Below are positions 1 through 10,574 of a DNA stretch of 64,000 nucleotides, piece after piece (position 1 is the first letter of the stretch; each line of letters starts with the position of its first letter). The stretch comes from Prevotella sp. (GTDB taxonomy: Bacteria > Bacteroidota > Bacteroidia > Bacteroidales > Bacteroidaceae). The stretch spans positions 10,216-74,215 of the forward strand of contig JAFZSI010000021.1 of the NCBI GenBank assembly GCA_017619445.1, read 5' to 3'. The notes below the pieces were generated by a model, which did not search any database, was not told where the DNA came from, and saw only the letters and a program-made list of their open reading frames with translations. Both the position numbers and the translations under genes were made by a program.

Positions 1-1433
1 GTGCCCATGCCCACGTACATCACTTCAATGGTGGCACCGTCGGGAGCCTCAATGTTGAAGTTGCCGTCTGTGTCGGTCACCGTGCCTTGCTTAGTGCCAA
101 GAATCTTCACGACGGCACCAATCACGGGCTTGCGGTTTTCGTCAACCACCTGGCCCCGCACCATTATCGGTTCGTGTCCTTTCTGGTTCGGGTGGTCTTC
201 TATCTCCACTATCACCACGCCGTCTTTGGCCTTCTCGCCATATTTCTCTGTGCTTGCCTCGTCTTTGAGCACCGTGATGCTTTTAATGATTTTGGGGCTT
301 ATTTTCACAAAACTCTCGTAAGGCATTTCAGTGCCGTTGACCAGCACCAATGGCCGCACACCGTTCTTGTTCTCGGCAATGGTTTCGTCATCCCACTTCA
401 CGCCGCCTGGGTTGACAATCTTAATGCGCTCGTAGTCGTTGTCTGCGATGGTGTCGTTGCCGGTGACTGCCGTCTCCGCCGCGGTTGTCTTCATGCTGGG
501 CGAGGGCGGCTGGCTGTTCTCAGACACTGTGCTGTAGTCGTAGGTTGTCTCAGGTGTGTCTGCCATGTGGTAGTCGGTCACGGTGCGTGCGCTGACGGCT
601 ATCGAGACGGCAACCACGGGAACTATATACAGGGCACGAAGCCACTGGCGGGGATTGGTTTTCTTTCTTATCATCATGTTGATTCTTCGTTTAAGGGTAC
701 TGTGACTCAGGCTGTTGGCAACAAAGTACCCGTGAGTTGCCACAGCTTTTTTGACTAACAGATATTGATATTGACGTGCATCGATGCCTTGAGAGAGTAC
801 GGCTGCGTCGGCCTCAAACTCGTGGATGGTGCGCAGGTCGCTGCGCAACAGCCACAGGGCAGGATTGAACCATTGCAGCACGGTGAGCACACTCACCAGC
901 AGAATGTCCCACGAGTGTCGGGCACTGATGTGTGCGCGTTCGTGTGCCATGATGGCGGCATCGGGGTGATTGTAGTCGCTACGGCTCATCACAATGTAAT
1001 GGAAATAACTGAAGGGCGACAACTCGCGGTTGCTGACGGCCACCACCGTGCCGTCGGCCTGGTGATGGTGCTCGCAGCTGCGGATGAGCAGCACCACACG
1101 GACCATTGACAGCAGGGCATGGCCCAGCGTCAGCACGGCTCCGGCAACAAACACCACCGTGGCTGCCACCAGCAGCCAAGGCGTTGTTTCTGCCGCGGTT
1201 TCCACCGTCGCCGGAACTGGCGGGGCGGTTGCCGTTGTGGGCTGTGCAATCAGCACACTGCGGTGGAAAGTCACCACACACAGTGGTAGCACAAACGACA
1301 ACACTGCCGTCGTCAGCAGCACCGCGCGGTTGAGCCGGTGCAGCGTCTCGCGGGCGAGCAGCAGTCGCCAGAACAGGTAGAATGTGGCAATGAGTGCCGC
1401 CACCTTGAGGTCGTAAATCAGAAATGCTTCCAT
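1..1433 (-). CDS. M56 (BlaR1-like) membrane metallopeptidase/anti-repressor with a C-terminal carboxypeptidase-regulatory-like domain; runs off the window edge
   Basis: Manual minus-strand translation from ATG at 1433: MEAFLIYDLKVAALIATFYLFWRLLLARETLHRLNR, HERAH zinc motif, QWFNP..W and IHEFEAD; later GQVVDENRKPVIGAVV..GTVTDTDGNF. Absent from the ORF track because there is no stop in the window. Confidence 0.9.
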   Translation of the reverse strand, partial: MEAFLIYDLKVAALIATFYLFWRLLLARETLHRLNRAVLLTTAVLSFVLPLCVVTFHRSVLIAQPTTATAPPVPATVETAAETTPWLLVAATVVFVAGAVLTLGHALLSMVRVVLLIRSCEHHHQADGTVVAVSNRELSPFSYFHYIVMSRSDYNHPDAAIMAHERAHISARHSWDILLVSVLTVLQWFNPALWLLRSDLRTIHEFEADAAVLSQGIDARQYQYLLVKKAVATHGYFVANSLSHSTLKRRINMMIRKKTNPRQWLRALYIVPVVAVSIAVSARTVTDYHMADTPETTYDYSTVSENSQPPSPSMKTTAAETAVTGNDTIADNDYERIKIVNPGGVKWDDETIAENKNGVRPLVLVNGTEMPYESFVKISPKIIKSITVLKDEASTEKYGEKAKDGVVIVEIEDHPNQKGHEPIMVRGQVVDENRKPVIGAVVKILGTKQGTVTDTDGNFNIEAPDGATIEVMYVGMG

Positions 1434-1447
1434 TGCGACGGGGCTTG

Positions 1448-1834
1448 TTAAGCGTGTTCCTTGCCTGCCGTTTCCGCGGTGTTTTTCTCAATCTGGCTGA
1501 TGAGCTCTTTCAGCTCGTCAACGCTGATTTTCTCCTCCTTGACGAAGGCGGAGACCGCGCTCAGGTAAGAATTGTTGAAATAGTTCTTTATCACGCCGGC
1601 CAGCGAGCTCTTGCCATACTCCTTCTCGCTCACCGTGGCGAAATACTGGTAGGTGTTGCCATACTGGCGGTGGCCCAGGAAACCGTTTTTCTCCAACAGC
1701 CGCACCATGGTGGAAAGCGTGTTGAAGTGGGGACGCGGTTCGGCGTAGTGCTCCAGCAGTTCGCGTACGAACATAGGGCCGTGCTGCCAGTACAGCTCCA
1801 TAATTTCTTTCTCCTTGTTTGTCAGTTTCTTCAT
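1448..1834 (-). CDS. BlaI/MecI/CopY family transcriptional repressor
   Basis: MKKLTNKEKEIMELYW..PHFNTLSTMVRLLEKNGFL winged helix; directly upstream of the M56 gene. Confidence 0.92.
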   Translation of the reverse strand: MKKLTNKEKEIMELYWQHGPMFVRELLEHYAEPRPHFNTLSTMVRLLEKNGFLGHRQYGNTYQYFATVSEKEYGKSSLAGVIKNYFNNSYLSAVSAFVKEEKISVDELKELISQIEKNTAETAGKEHA

Positions 1835-1902
1835 TTTTAGTTATGTTTTTTTTGTTTCAATTCTGATTGTCATCAAATACACGTCCTTGTCAATATCTGC
1901 CG

Positions 1903-1947
1903 CAAAGATAACTAAAAAATCTTTTCAAACAACTAAAACTTTTAGTT
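1903..1947 (-). promoter_or_regulatory. blaI-like promoter -7 box and probable operator
   Basis: Minus-strand TATCTTTG at 1903-1910 and the perfect inverted repeat AACTAAAA-C-TTTTAGTT at 1931-1947. Confidence 0.55.
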
Positions 1948-2030
1948 ATTTAAGAAAATTAATTAGTTTTCCATGAAAATTTACCAAAATTAATAGTTTG
2001 GAGTAAGAAAAGCCTCTTTTTCGCCATCTC

Positions 2031-2136
2031 TATACACTATGTTTCCGTAAACCATTGCTCTGTTTTCGTAAACCTACACTTTACGTTCACAACTCGTAGG
2101 TTTACGCTCAAATTATCTAGAAAATTCAATCATAAA
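2031..2136. repeat. Modular palindromic repeat, cluster 1
   Basis: Three 21-bp units (2031-2093), a 7-bp spacer, then the 36-bp palindrome TTTACGCTCAAATTATCTAGAAAATTCAATCATAAA (2101-2136). Confidence 0.85.
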
Positions 2137-2376
2137 CCCGTCATTTGCATTTAGCCGCGTTACGAGTTGTCCGCGCCATGTTATGTGTTGCAGAGCCGAA
2201 GCATTACGCTAACGGAGTGAGTTTTGGAAATGCAAATGTTTTTTTCGATAAAATAGAACGGCTACGCACGAAAACAAACGAAAAAGCGTTATTAAAAAAG
2301 GATATAAGGAGTTAGGAGTTAAGAGTTAGAAGTTAGGAGCTGAGCAAAACGAAAGAATAAAAAGCAGTGCTCAGCG

Positions 2377-2402
2377 TGTAACAAAATGCTGATTATCACG
2401 TC
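2377..2402 (+). promoter_or_regulatory. Probable ECF-sigma-dependent autoregulatory promoter
   Basis: TGTAAC-N16-CGTC about 25 bp upstream of the ECF sigma start. Confidence 0.5.
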
Positions 2403-2426
2403 TTAATAGTAGTACCAATCGATTGG

Positions 2427-2924
2427 ATGGACCAAGCGGAGTTTAAGCGACTCTTTTTGCCGTGCAGCCGGAAGATGTTCAGCGTTGCATGGCGGCTGAC
2501 GGGTAACGACCTGTCGGCGGAGGATCTTGTACAGGATACTTTCCTGCGCCTGTGGAACAAACGCGGCGAGCTGGACCATGTGCTCAACGCCGAGGCCTAC
2601 AGCATTACGGCACTGAAGCACGTCTTCTACGACCAGCAGCGCAAGGCTCACCTAAGTGAGGCTGATCCGCCGCCAGACGAACTGAACATGGCGGCAGACG
2701 ACGACGTGGGGCGCGATGTGGAAAACCGCGATGTGGCCGCGGCGGTGTTCAGATTGATTGAGCGGCTGCCAGAGCCGCAGCGCACGATTATTCAGATGCG
2801 CGACGTTGATGACATGGCCTACGAGGATATTGCCACCGTAACGGGCCTCTCGCAGGTGAACATCAGGGTGTTGCTCAGCCGGGCGCGCAAGCGAATACGG
2901 ATGGAGTTGGGAGTTAAGAGTTAG
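2427..2924 (+). CDS. ECF sigma-70 factor
   Basis: AEDLVQDTFLRLW (region 2) and LPEPQRTIIQMRD..YEDIA..LSRARKRIR (region 4). Confidence 0.93.
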   Translation: MDQAEFKRLFLPCSRKMFSVAWRLTGNDLSAEDLVQDTFLRLWNKRGELDHVLNAEAYSITALKHVFYDQQRKAHLSEADPPPDELNMAADDDVGRDVENRDVAAAVFRLIERLPEPQRTIIQMRDVDDMAYEDIATVTGLSQVNIRVLLSRARKRIRMELGVKS

Positions 2925-2942
2925 GAATCAGGAATTTAGTTA

Positions 2943-3449
2943 ATGTTCACAGCTATGGAACAAGAGATAAGACAATTGCTGGATAAGTTCTTCGACGGCC
3001 AGACGTCAGAGGCCGAAGAAGAGCGGTTGCGCGGACTGATGGCAGACGACGTGCCCGAAAGTCTATCGGCAGAGAAAGCCATGTTCGGCGCATTTTCCCG
3101 GATAGACAGTACAGCCGAGACAATGGCCGACGCAAGGGTGGCAGAGGCCGTTGAGCACCGCATGAGCCGCATGGTTGACCAGTGGAGCCGCGTGGAAACT
3201 TCCACACGCCGAGACAGTCGCCGCAGGGCCATCCGATGGATGGCGGGCATAGCGGCGAGCATGTTGCTGATAGCGGGCTACAGCTTCTATCTGGGAACCA
3301 CGCACGAGCAGGCACAGACGGCAGCCATGCCACAGGACACTTATAACGACCCGCGCATGGCCTACAAGGAGACGGAAAAAGCCCTGAACATGCTGTCGGA
3401 AAAATTGAACAAGGGCATTGACGAAATGGAGAAACTTAAAACAAACTGA
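2943..3449 (+). CDS. Single-pass anti-sigma factor-like protein
   Basis: LLDKFFDGQTSEAEE N-terminus, one TM (WMAGIAASMLLI), DTYNDP motif; follows the ECF sigma. Confidence 0.75.
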   Translation: MFTAMEQEIRQLLDKFFDGQTSEAEEERLRGLMADDVPESLSAEKAMFGAFSRIDSTAETMADARVAEAVEHRMSRMVDQWSRVETSTRRDSRRRAIRWMAGIAASMLLIAGYSFYLGTTHEQAQTAAMPQDTYNDPRMAYKETEKALNMLSEKLNKGIDEMEKLKTN

Positions 3450-3455
3450 CACGAT

Positions 3456-3908
3456 ATGAGAAAGACATTGATTATTGCCATGCTCATGCTCATGGGCATC
3501 ACGGCCCGCGGACAGGATGCGCTGTTCAAGAGTTTCGAGAATGTGAGCGGCGTATCCACCGTGTATATATCGAAGTCGTTGCTGAGCATGATGCCCAGCC
3601 TAAAGGTGAACAACCGCGACCTGGCGAAAATGGCCGGCAAATTGGACCACATCCAGATTCTCAGTGCAGAAAAGGCCTCGCTTGTCAGTCGCCTGAAAAA
3701 ACAGACCGCTGCCACCTACACGGCCAAGAACGGATACGAGGAGGTGATGCGGGCCAACGAGAGCGGGCAGAAAGTGTTTATCTATCAGAAACGCTACAAA
3801 AACGGCAAACACGAGTTTGTGCTTGTCACCGATGCCATGGGGCATCTCAGCGTTGTGAATATCCTCGGCACACTGACGCTCAAGGACATTCAGTCGCTGA
3901 CGAAGTAA
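3456..3908 (+). CDS. DUF4252-like secreted protein
   Basis: Signal peptide, GVSTVYISKSLLSM motif; usual third gene of such ECF operons. Confidence 0.75.
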   Translation: MRKTLIIAMLMLMGITARGQDALFKSFENVSGVSTVYISKSLLSMMPSLKVNNRDLAKMAGKLDHIQILSAEKASLVSRLKKQTAATYTAKNGYEEVMRANESGQKVFIYQKRYKNGKHEFVLVTDAMGHLSVVNILGTLTLKDIQSLTK

Positions 3909-3933
3909 GGTGTAGTTGCGAGATATATGTCAC

Positions 3934-3989
3934 GAGTTCAGAGGTGTGATTACTATTCAAAAAACGAAGGTAATCATAACTCTGAACTC
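3934..3989. repeat. Inverted repeat (GAG(T/G)T(A/G)TGATTAC...GTAATCATAACTC family), probable bidirectional terminator
   Basis: GAGTTCAGAGGTGTGATTAC-loop-GTAATCATAACTCTGAACTC between convergent genes; related copy at about 55609-55665. Confidence 0.65.
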
Positions 3990-4015
3990 GTAACCTTTTT
4001 ATTCTGAACTCAAAT

Positions 4016-4972
4016 CTACGGGTTGTATTTCAGCAACATGCCTTTCACCAGTTTACCATATTTCTTTATCACATCGTCGGGCCAAGGGCCAGTGGCGTTG
4101 GCGCGCGGCAGAAGCATGGAGCAAGTCTCGTCCTTGTCGGAAAGCGACCAGCAAACCCAGCTAATCTTGTACTTCTCCATGCGGTCAATCCACAACTGCT
4201 CAGATTCAGCGTCTAACCGGCCGTTGCCTGATGCCTCGCATGCACCCGACTCAGAAACGAAGATGGGAATGCCGGCCTTCGCGGCATCTTCCATACGTTG
4301 GCGGAGATAATCACCATGTGTGGCGGCATAGAAATGAACCGTGTACATCAGATTGTCAATGCCCTTGATGGGGCTTTCGGCCACCAGATTGATGTCCTGG
4401 TCCCAATGGGGGCAGCCCATCAGAATCACATTATCGGGGTCGTACTTGCGAATCTCGGCACTGACGGCCTGACAATATTCTTTCAGACTCTCCCAACTGT
4501 CGTTAACGGGTTCGTTGTATAGCTCGTAAATGACGTGCGGATACTTTCCATACTTCTGTGCCATGCGGCCGAAAAACTCTACGGCTTTCTGGGTGAGCAT
4601 CTCGTGAGAATGCCAGTCGATGATGACATATACGTTGTTCTTGATGGCGGCATCGACTACCGTCTCGATGCATTTGATGGCAAACTCAGGATTGTCCTGA
4701 TAGTTGTCCTCAACGGTGCTAACACCCATGGCAGCACGGATGACGGTGGCATGCCAGTCGTTTTTCAGCGTTTTGACAGCCTTTTTGTTGTAGAAGCGAG
4801 GCCAGATGTTGTGCCATCCGAAACTGACACCACGCAATACAACGGGATTGCCCCGATAGTCGCACAATTGGGCACCTTTCACTTGCAGTTGTCCCCACTG
4901 TTTTACGGGGTCTGCGGCATGTGCATTGGCCAAGGTCAGCGCAAGCACAAGGGTAAGAAGGATTTTTTTCAT
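4016..4972 (-). CDS. Glycoside hydrolase family 5 endoglucanase (cellulase)
   Basis: Signal peptide; GQLQVKGAQL, YVIIDWH, YELYNEP (acid/base), IFVSESG (nucleophile). Confidence 0.92.
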   Translation of the reverse strand: MKKILLTLVLALTLANAHAADPVKQWGQLQVKGAQLCDYRGNPVVLRGVSFGWHNIWPRFYNKKAVKTLKNDWHATVIRAAMGVSTVEDNYQDNPEFAIKCIETVVDAAIKNNVYVIIDWHSHEMLTQKAVEFFGRMAQKYGKYPHVIYELYNEPVNDSWESLKEYCQAVSAEIRKYDPDNVILMGCPHWDQDINLVAESPIKGIDNLMYTVHFYAATHGDYLRQRMEDAAKAGIPIFVSESGACEASGNGRLDAESEQLWIDRMEKYKISWVCWSLSDKDETCSMLLPRANATGPWPDDVIKKYGKLVKGMLLKYNP

Positions 4973-5020
4973 GGTTGTTGTTTTTTTAAAAGATTTAGTT
5001 AGTCTATGTATAGTTTTCGT

Positions 5021-5100
5021 GGATACGGGGGTACGAGATATGCTCCTTTACTCCTTTATCTCCTTTTCTCCTTTACTTCTTTACTTCTTTCTCTCCTTTT
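5021..5100. repeat. Composite GGTACG / CTCCTTTA simple-repeat element
   Basis: GGGGGTACGAGATATG followed by (CTCCTTTA)-like tandem units; related copies at 10607, 16664 and 53722. Confidence 0.75.
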
Positions 5101-5116
5101 CTTCCCATAATTCTTT

Positions 5117-5998
5117 TTAAACCAGGCTCACCGTGTAAAGATAAATCACCGCTGCGGGCAGGGCCATGAGCGACGAGTCGAAGCGGTCGAGCATGCCGCC
5201 GTGCCCAGGCAGAATGTTGCCGCTGTCCTTGATGCCCAAGGTGCGTTTGAACAGGCTCTCCACCAGGTCGCCCCATGTGCCGAATATGCAAACCGTCAGC
5301 CCCAAGCCAATCCATTTCCACATGGGCATGAGGGAAGCAGCCTGCATGCCCGACTCAGAAAGGTTGGAAGTCTGAAGTTGGTCGAAATAGCTGATGATGC
5401 AGGCGGCTGCCACCACAAATACTCCTCCGCCAATGCTGCCTTCCCAACTCTTGCCCGGCGAAATGCGCGGAAACAGTTTGTGTTTGCCGATGAGTGAGCC
5501 CACGCAGTAGGCGCCAGTGTCGCTCACCCAGAGGAAAATGAAGACGCTGAGCGGTATGAGATAGTTGAAATGCACGTTGCCGTCGGCACCGCTGTTGAAG
5601 GCCAGTACGCCAACCATGCTGAATGGCAGCGCGATGTACATCTGCGAGAACATGGTGTATGCCCAGTTGTTGAGTGGGTTCTTCTGTTTCAAGTAAAGTT
5701 CGCTAATAAACAGATAGACAATGGTGAGCAGGTAGGGAATGAATACGGCCGATGTGGGAGTGAGTCCGCTGACATATCCGCAAACGGCAAGGAAGAAATA
5801 GACGGCAGCCACGGTGCAGATAAGCCGGTTGATGGAGGTTTGTGCCACGCGGTCGTTCACCAGTCCGCAGAACTCCCAAGTGGTGAGGGCGGTGATAAGT
5901 GCGAAAAGCAGTATCATGGCCTGTGGTCTGAGGAAGCAGCTCACGATGGCCGCCACGAAAATCACGCCTGTAATGGTTCTGACAATAAGATTTTTCAT
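5117..5998 (-). CDS. cdsA: Phosphatidate cytidylyltransferase
   Basis: SPGKSWEG and GDLVESLFKRTLGIKDSGNILPGHGGMLDRFDS motifs. Confidence 0.95.
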   Translation of the reverse strand: MKNLIVRTITGVIFVAAIVSCFLRPQAMILLFALITALTTWEFCGLVNDRVAQTSINRLICTVAAVYFFLAVCGYVSGLTPTSAVFIPYLLTIVYLFISELYLKQKNPLNNWAYTMFSQMYIALPFSMVGVLAFNSGADGNVHFNYLIPLSVFIFLWVSDTGAYCVGSLIGKHKLFPRISPGKSWEGSIGGGVFVVAAACIISYFDQLQTSNLSESGMQAASLMPMWKWIGLGLTVCIFGTWGDLVESLFKRTLGIKDSGNILPGHGGMLDRFDSSLMALPAAVIYLYTVSLV

Positions 5999-6001
5999 AA
6001 C

Positions 6002-8032
6002 TTATTCTCCTTTCTTTTCTGCTTCTTTTTCGTCAGCGTCTTTTGCTTCTTTCTCTTTCTGTTCGCGCTCAAGTTCCTCAGCACGCTTTGCTGCCATTTC
6101 CTCGGCCATGGCGCGCTGGTTTTCCTCGATAATCTCCTGTGCGCGGCTCACCCACGGACGTTTGCCGAAGATTCGCTCCACGTCCTCGGTATAGATTACC
6201 TCGCGGGCAATGAGCAGCTCTGCCAGCTGGTTGTGACCCTCTGCGTGTTCGGTGAGGATCTGCTTGGCGCGGTCGTACTGCTCGTTAATCATCTTCAGCA
6301 CCTCCTCGTCCATGATGCGGGCGGTGGTCTCAGAATAAGGTTTCTGGAAGCCGTACTCCTGGTTGTTGTAGTAGCAGATGTTCGGCAGTCGGTCGCTCAT
6401 GCCGGCGTATGCAATCATGCCGTATGCACTCTTTGTGGCGCGTTCCAGGTCGTTGGTGGCACCCGTGGAGATGTGGCCGGTGAACAGTTCTTCTGCCGCA
6501 CGTCCGCCCAGGAGCGAGCACATTTCGTCGAGCATCTGTTCTTTTGTGGTTATCTGGCGTTCTTCGGGCAGATACCATGCTGCGCCGAGAGCTCGTCCGC
6601 GCGGCACGATGGTCACCTTCACCAGTGGCGCCGCATGTTCGCAGAACCACGAGATGGTGGCGTGTCCGGCCTCGTGCAGGGCAATGCTCCGTTTCTCATC
6701 GGCGGTCATCACCTTGGTCTTCTTTTCCAGTCCGCCGATGATACGGTCAACGGCATCAAGGAAATCCTGCTTGCAAACACTCTCTCCGTTGCGGCGGGCA
6801 GCTATCAGTGCGGCCTCGTTGCACACGTTAGCAATGTCGGCACCCGAGAAGCCCGGTGTCTGTCGTGCAAGGAAGTCTATATCGAGCGTGTCGTCGGTTT
6901 TCAGTGGTTTCAGGTGGACTTGGAAAATCTCTTTGCGCTCAGCCAGGTCGGGCAAATCGACGTGAATCTCTCGGTCGAATCGTCCGGCGCGTAGCAGTGC
7001 CGAGTCGAGCATATCCACGCGGTTTGTGGCTGCCAGGATGATGACACCGCTATTGGTACCGAAGCCGTCCATCTCGGTGAGCAAGGCATTGAGCGTATTC
7101 TCGCGCTCGTCGTTGCCGCCCATGGCGGGATTCTTGCTGCGGGCGCGGCCCACAGCGTCAATCTCGTCGATGAAAATAATGCAAGGCGACTTCTCCTTGG
7201 CCTGGCGGAACAGATCGCGCACACGGCTTGCGCCTACGCCCACGAACATTTCCACAAAGTCGGAGCCGCTCATCGAGAAGAAAGGCACACCGGCCTCTCC
7301 GGCCACGGCCTTGGCCAACAATGTCTTACCAGTTCCCGGAGGTCCCACGAGCAATGCGCCCTTGGGAATCTTACCACCCAGGTCGGTGTATTTCTGCGGG
7401 TTCTTCAGAAACTCCACAATCTCCTGTATCTCCTGTTTGGCGCCAGCCTGTCCGGCCACATCCTTGAATGTGATGCCCAGGTCGCCGCCTTTCTCATACA
7501 TCTTGGCCTTGCTCTTGCCCACATTGAACACGCCACCCGGACCGCCGCTGCCACTGCCCATGCGGTTCATCAGGAATATCCAGAACAGGATGAGCAAGGC
7601 AAAGGGGGCAATGCTGATGAGCAGGTTCACAAAGTCGTTGCCCTGCTTATTGTCGTAGCTGTAGTCGCCATTGAACTTCCCTGCCTCCTTCTGGGCGAGC
7701 AGATATTCCTCCACCTTGTCGATGGAGCCAATCTCCACGGTCAGATAGGGGTCGGGTCCCACCTCCTTGGCCGTGGCCTTGAACACGTCGCGGATATGTT
7801 CGGGCTTCACATACATCTTGAGCATGCTTTCGGGCTTGTTGATGACCACTTTCGAGGCATAGCCCTGCTCAACAAATACCTTGAAGTTGTTGTACGACGA
7901 TTTGCGCTCCACGCTTCCGCCCACCTGCTGTCCTTGCATGAAGTAGAAGCTGATGAGCGCAACAATTACGAGGCCGTAAATCCACGTCATGTTGAATTTC
8001 GGCATCTTGGGGTTGTTGTTATCTTGTTTCAT
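6002..8032 (-). CDS. ftsH: ATP-dependent zinc metalloprotease FtsH
   Basis: Two TMs, [17 protein letters not shown]; start taken at MKQDNNN (8032). Confidence 0.96.
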   Translation of the reverse strand: MKQDNNNPKMPKFNMTWIYGLVIVALISFYFMQGQQVGGSVERKSSYNNFKVFVEQGYASKVVINKPESMLKMYVKPEHIRDVFKATAKEVGPDPYLTVEIGSIDKVEEYLLAQKEAGKFNGDYSYDNKQGNDFVNLLISIAPFALLILFWIFLMNRMGSGSGGPGGVFNVGKSKAKMYEKGGDLGITFKDVAGQAGAKQEIQEIVEFLKNPQKYTDLGGKIPKGALLVGPPGTGKTLLAKAVAGEAGVPFFSMSGSDFVEMFVGVGASRVRDLFRQAKEKSPCIIFIDEIDAVGRARSKNPAMGGNDERENTLNALLTEMDGFGTNSGVIILAATNRVDMLDSALLRAGRFDREIHVDLPDLAERKEIFQVHLKPLKTDDTLDIDFLARQTPGFSGADIANVCNEAALIAARRNGESVCKQDFLDAVDRIIGGLEKKTKVMTADEKRSIALHEAGHATISWFCEHAAPLVKVTIVPRGRALGAAWYLPEERQITTKEQMLDEMCSLLGGRAAEELFTGHISTGATNDLERATKSAYGMIAYAGMSDRLPNICYYNNQEYGFQKPYSETTARIMDEEVLKMINEQYDRAKQILTEHAEGHNQLAELLIAREVIYTEDVERIFGKRPWVSRAQEIIEENQRAMAEEMAAKRAEELEREQKEKEAKDADEKEAEKKGE

Positions 8033-8111
8033 TGAATGCTTGGTGTTGAGTGTTCTGTGTTGTGTGTATAGCTTGCCGGGCGTTCTTGGCTGCCGGCTCA
8101 TGGTTGTGATG

Positions 8112-8471
8112 CTAATCCAAGTCGGCGATGGCCGTCTGCGGCGCATCTTGCCACAGGTTCTCCAGATTGTAATATTCGCGCACGTCGGGCAAGAAAATGT
8201 GAACCATCACATCCACATAGTCCATGGCCACCCATTGGGCGTTTTCAAGTCCCACCACCTTTACTGGCCGCTCGCCAGCATTAATGCGGGCATACTCCTC
8301 CACAGAGTCGGTAATGGCCTCTACCTGCGTGGGCGAATTGCCTTGGCAAATGACGAAATACTTGCAGATGGCGCCGTCTATCATGCTCATGTCGGCCACC
8401 ACGATGCGCGAGCCTTTCTTCTCTTGAATTGCTTTTACGATTGTTTCAACAAGTTTCTTGATTTCTTCCAT
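8112..8471 (-). CDS. rsfS: Ribosome silencing factor
   Basis: YFVICQGNS..QV, WVAMDYVDVMVHIF..REYYNLENLW. Confidence 0.95.
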   Translation of the reverse strand: MEEIKKLVETIVKAIQEKKGSRIVVADMSMIDGAICKYFVICQGNSPTQVEAITDSVEEYARINAGERPVKVVGLENAQWVAMDYVDVMVHIFLPDVREYYNLENLWQDAPQTAIADLD

Positions 8472-8633
8472 TCAATTAATGCTTTGTTTAACATGCAAAG
8501 TTACACCTTATTATTTAATATCACAAAAAATGAGCGTTTATTTGTGTTTTTTTTGCTAATTTGTTTGGTAGTTCGAAAAAAAGCAGTACCTTTGCATCCG
8601 CAATCTTCGGAAACAGGTTGCAAACAAAGGCAT

Positions 8634-8704
8634 TGGGGTATGGTGTAATGGTAACACTGCAGATTCTGGTCCTGCCTTTCCTGGTTCGAGTCCGGGTACC
8701 CCAA
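8634..8704 (+). tRNA. tRNA-Gln (CTG)
   Basis: TGGGGTA/TACCCCA acceptor stem, anticodon arm GCAGA-TTCTGGT-CCTGC, T-loop GGTTCGAGTCC. Confidence 0.95.
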
Positions 8705-8709
8705 CACCA

Positions 8710-8752
8710 AAAGTCGCCAAGCAGTTGAGTTCAACCGCTTGGCGACTTTCTT
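8710..8752 (+). terminator. Intrinsic terminator after the tRNA
   Basis: AAAGTCGCCAAGC...GCTTGGCGACTTT hairpin. Confidence 0.75.
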
Positions 8753-8864
8753 ATGTCTCTATGTATTCTTAGTTGGCCACGGTAATGTTGTAACAGGCTG
8801 ATTCTTAGCTACAAAGCAAAGCTTTGACTTTGCCGTTCTTGACTTGACGAAATGAAAGCATTGC

Positions 8865-9006
8865 TTTACACATAAATTTTCTAGAGAATTTGAACGTAAA
8901 CCTGACATTTGCGTACGCAGTGCTATGAGTTATTTTCGCCACACAGCTCTTTACGAAAATAATGCTATGCTTTACGATGAAATTCTCTAGAAAATTTGGG
9001 CGTAAA
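8865..9006. repeat. Modular palindromic repeat, cluster 2 (two 36-bp palindromes)
   Basis: Palindromes at 8865-8900 and 8971-9006, separated by 70 bp (3x21+7). Confidence 0.9.
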
Positions 9007-9160
9007 CCCGGCAATTGCATTCGCGGCCCTAAAAGCTGTTTTCGCAAAGCCAAGTACGAAGATTCTGAGTGTTGATTTTTTGATGACGCTGAAGGCGTCG
9101 CCACTTAGGATTCCGAGGGTACGAGCGTAGCGAGTACCCCCGGCCAGACATTAACTTGCT

Positions 9161-9763
9161 TTACTTCGTGCGTGTGAGTGTAAATTTGATGGGTTTTTTC
9201 TTTTCTTTCTTGTCGCGTTCGAACACGCCATAAATTTGTTTGCCGTCGGCGCTGATGTGCAGCGTGTCGTAGCCCTCCTTCGCGTCGCCCATAATCACGA
9301 GGTTGCCTTTCACCTGGTATTTCGACTTCTCCGATTCAGGGGCAATAGCCATGGCTGCTTTCATGGCCTTGCGCTTGAGCCAGGGAACACCAGCGGCCTT
9401 GAGAGCAGCGTCGCTGATGCTTGTCTTTGATTTATAAACAACGTCAGTGGGGCTTTTAAACTCTACGGTGATGCCTATTTTCATGCCATCCTTTATGGCT
9501 TTGAGCTTCGTCTCGCCATCTTTTACTATCTTGTCAACATCTTTCAGTTCGTTGGCTGTCAGTTTGCGGCCTTTCTCTTTCTCTGCTTTAGCAACGGCCT
9601 TTGTTTTGACGTCGGCCAGTTCCTTGTCAATATCGCGCATTACTCCGGCCATGATATTGGCATTGCTGTACACGCGCCCTGTCAGGTTGGTCTGTGCGTT
9701 AGAGCTCAATGTGCCGCAAAGGGTCATGACGACTGCGAGTATCCAAATTCTGTCCTTTCTCAT
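9161..9763 (-). CDS. Secreted hypothetical protein, Lys-rich
   Basis: 200-aa ORF with a signal peptide; no recognised domain. Confidence 0.75.
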   Translation of the reverse strand: MRKDRIWILAVVMTLCGTLSSNAQTNLTGRVYSNANIMAGVMRDIDKELADVKTKAVAKAEKEKGRKLTANELKDVDKIVKDGETKLKAIKDGMKIGITVEFKSPTDVVYKSKTSISDAALKAAGVPWLKRKAMKAAMAIAPESEKSKYQVKGNLVIMGDAKEGYDTLHISADGKQIYGVFERDKKEKKKPIKFTLTRTK

Positions 9764-9815
9764 GTTGTTTGATGATTTCTTTAACTTCCAACTCTTAACT
9801 CTTAATTTGTATCTC

Positions 9816-10550
9816 CTACCAGTCCTCGTCCTCGTTGCCGATTATGCCGTTCTTCACAGCCTCCTCCACCTTGTCCATAATGGCGTTGGAATAGGCGTGG
9901 GTCATGACGAGGGCCTTTGCGCAGGTGCGTTTCTGAGGGTCTTTTTCAACAAAGGGGTAGTGGTGGGCAATTTCCCACTGCTGGTCGTAGAGCATTGCGT
10001 TGGTCTTGTCGTCCTTCTTGCGCTTGGAGTCGCCGAAGGTTTTGTTGTCTTTTTCAAAGGGACTGAGCCATCCGCCGCTGAGGTCGGCCAGCACGTCGTA
10101 GGTCTGCACGGTATATGTGACGCGCACCTTGCCGTCCTTGATGTCAATGCGTATGACGGGCGTGATGCTCACCGCATATCTGTTGATGGTTCCCATGTGC
10201 TCTGCGATGTCGGGGATGGTAGAGGTGATGATGATGCAGCCAGCCTCCTTGTCGTTCAGCGTGATGGCCTGCTTGTCCTTGAAAGTGGCTGTTGCCCAGT
10301 AGTTCAGGGCTACATAGAGTTGCTGCTTGGTTTTTCCTGGAGCCTCAATCACTTGCTGGTATGTAAGACTTTCGTTTTTGTCGAGGGTAAGCCCTTCTGC
10401 AAGGTTCCTGGCGGCGTCGAGCCATTTGTCGCCATATCTTTCCTTGGCATATTTTTCCAGGTCGGCGCCCTTCATTACTTGTGCCTGTGCACCAATTGCG
10501 CCGCAGAATGTGAGGATGGCGGCGAACATCCATAATTTCATTTGTTTCAT
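9816..10550 (-). CDS. DUF4468-like secreted protein
   Basis: Signal peptide; LTYQQVIEAPGKTKQQLY..NDKEAG..RIDIKDGKVRVT pattern. Confidence 0.7.
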   Translation of the reverse strand: MKQMKLWMFAAILTFCGAIGAQAQVMKGADLEKYAKERYGDKWLDAARNLAEGLTLDKNESLTYQQVIEAPGKTKQQLYVALNYWATATFKDKQAITLNDKEAGCIIITSTIPDIAEHMGTINRYAVSITPVIRIDIKDGKVRVTYTVQTYDVLADLSGGWLSPFEKDNKTFGDSKRKKDDKTNAMLYDQQWEIAHHYPFVEKDPQKRTCAKALVMTHAYSNAIMDKVEEAVKNGIIGNEDEDW

Positions 10551-10574
10551 AGATGAGTGTTTGTTATTTTTCAA

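Noticed and set aside
5570-6994. Long antisense ORFs (also 12338-13792, 61239-62378 and others)
   Set aside because: Shadow frames of well-supported genes, with no motifs or signals of their own.
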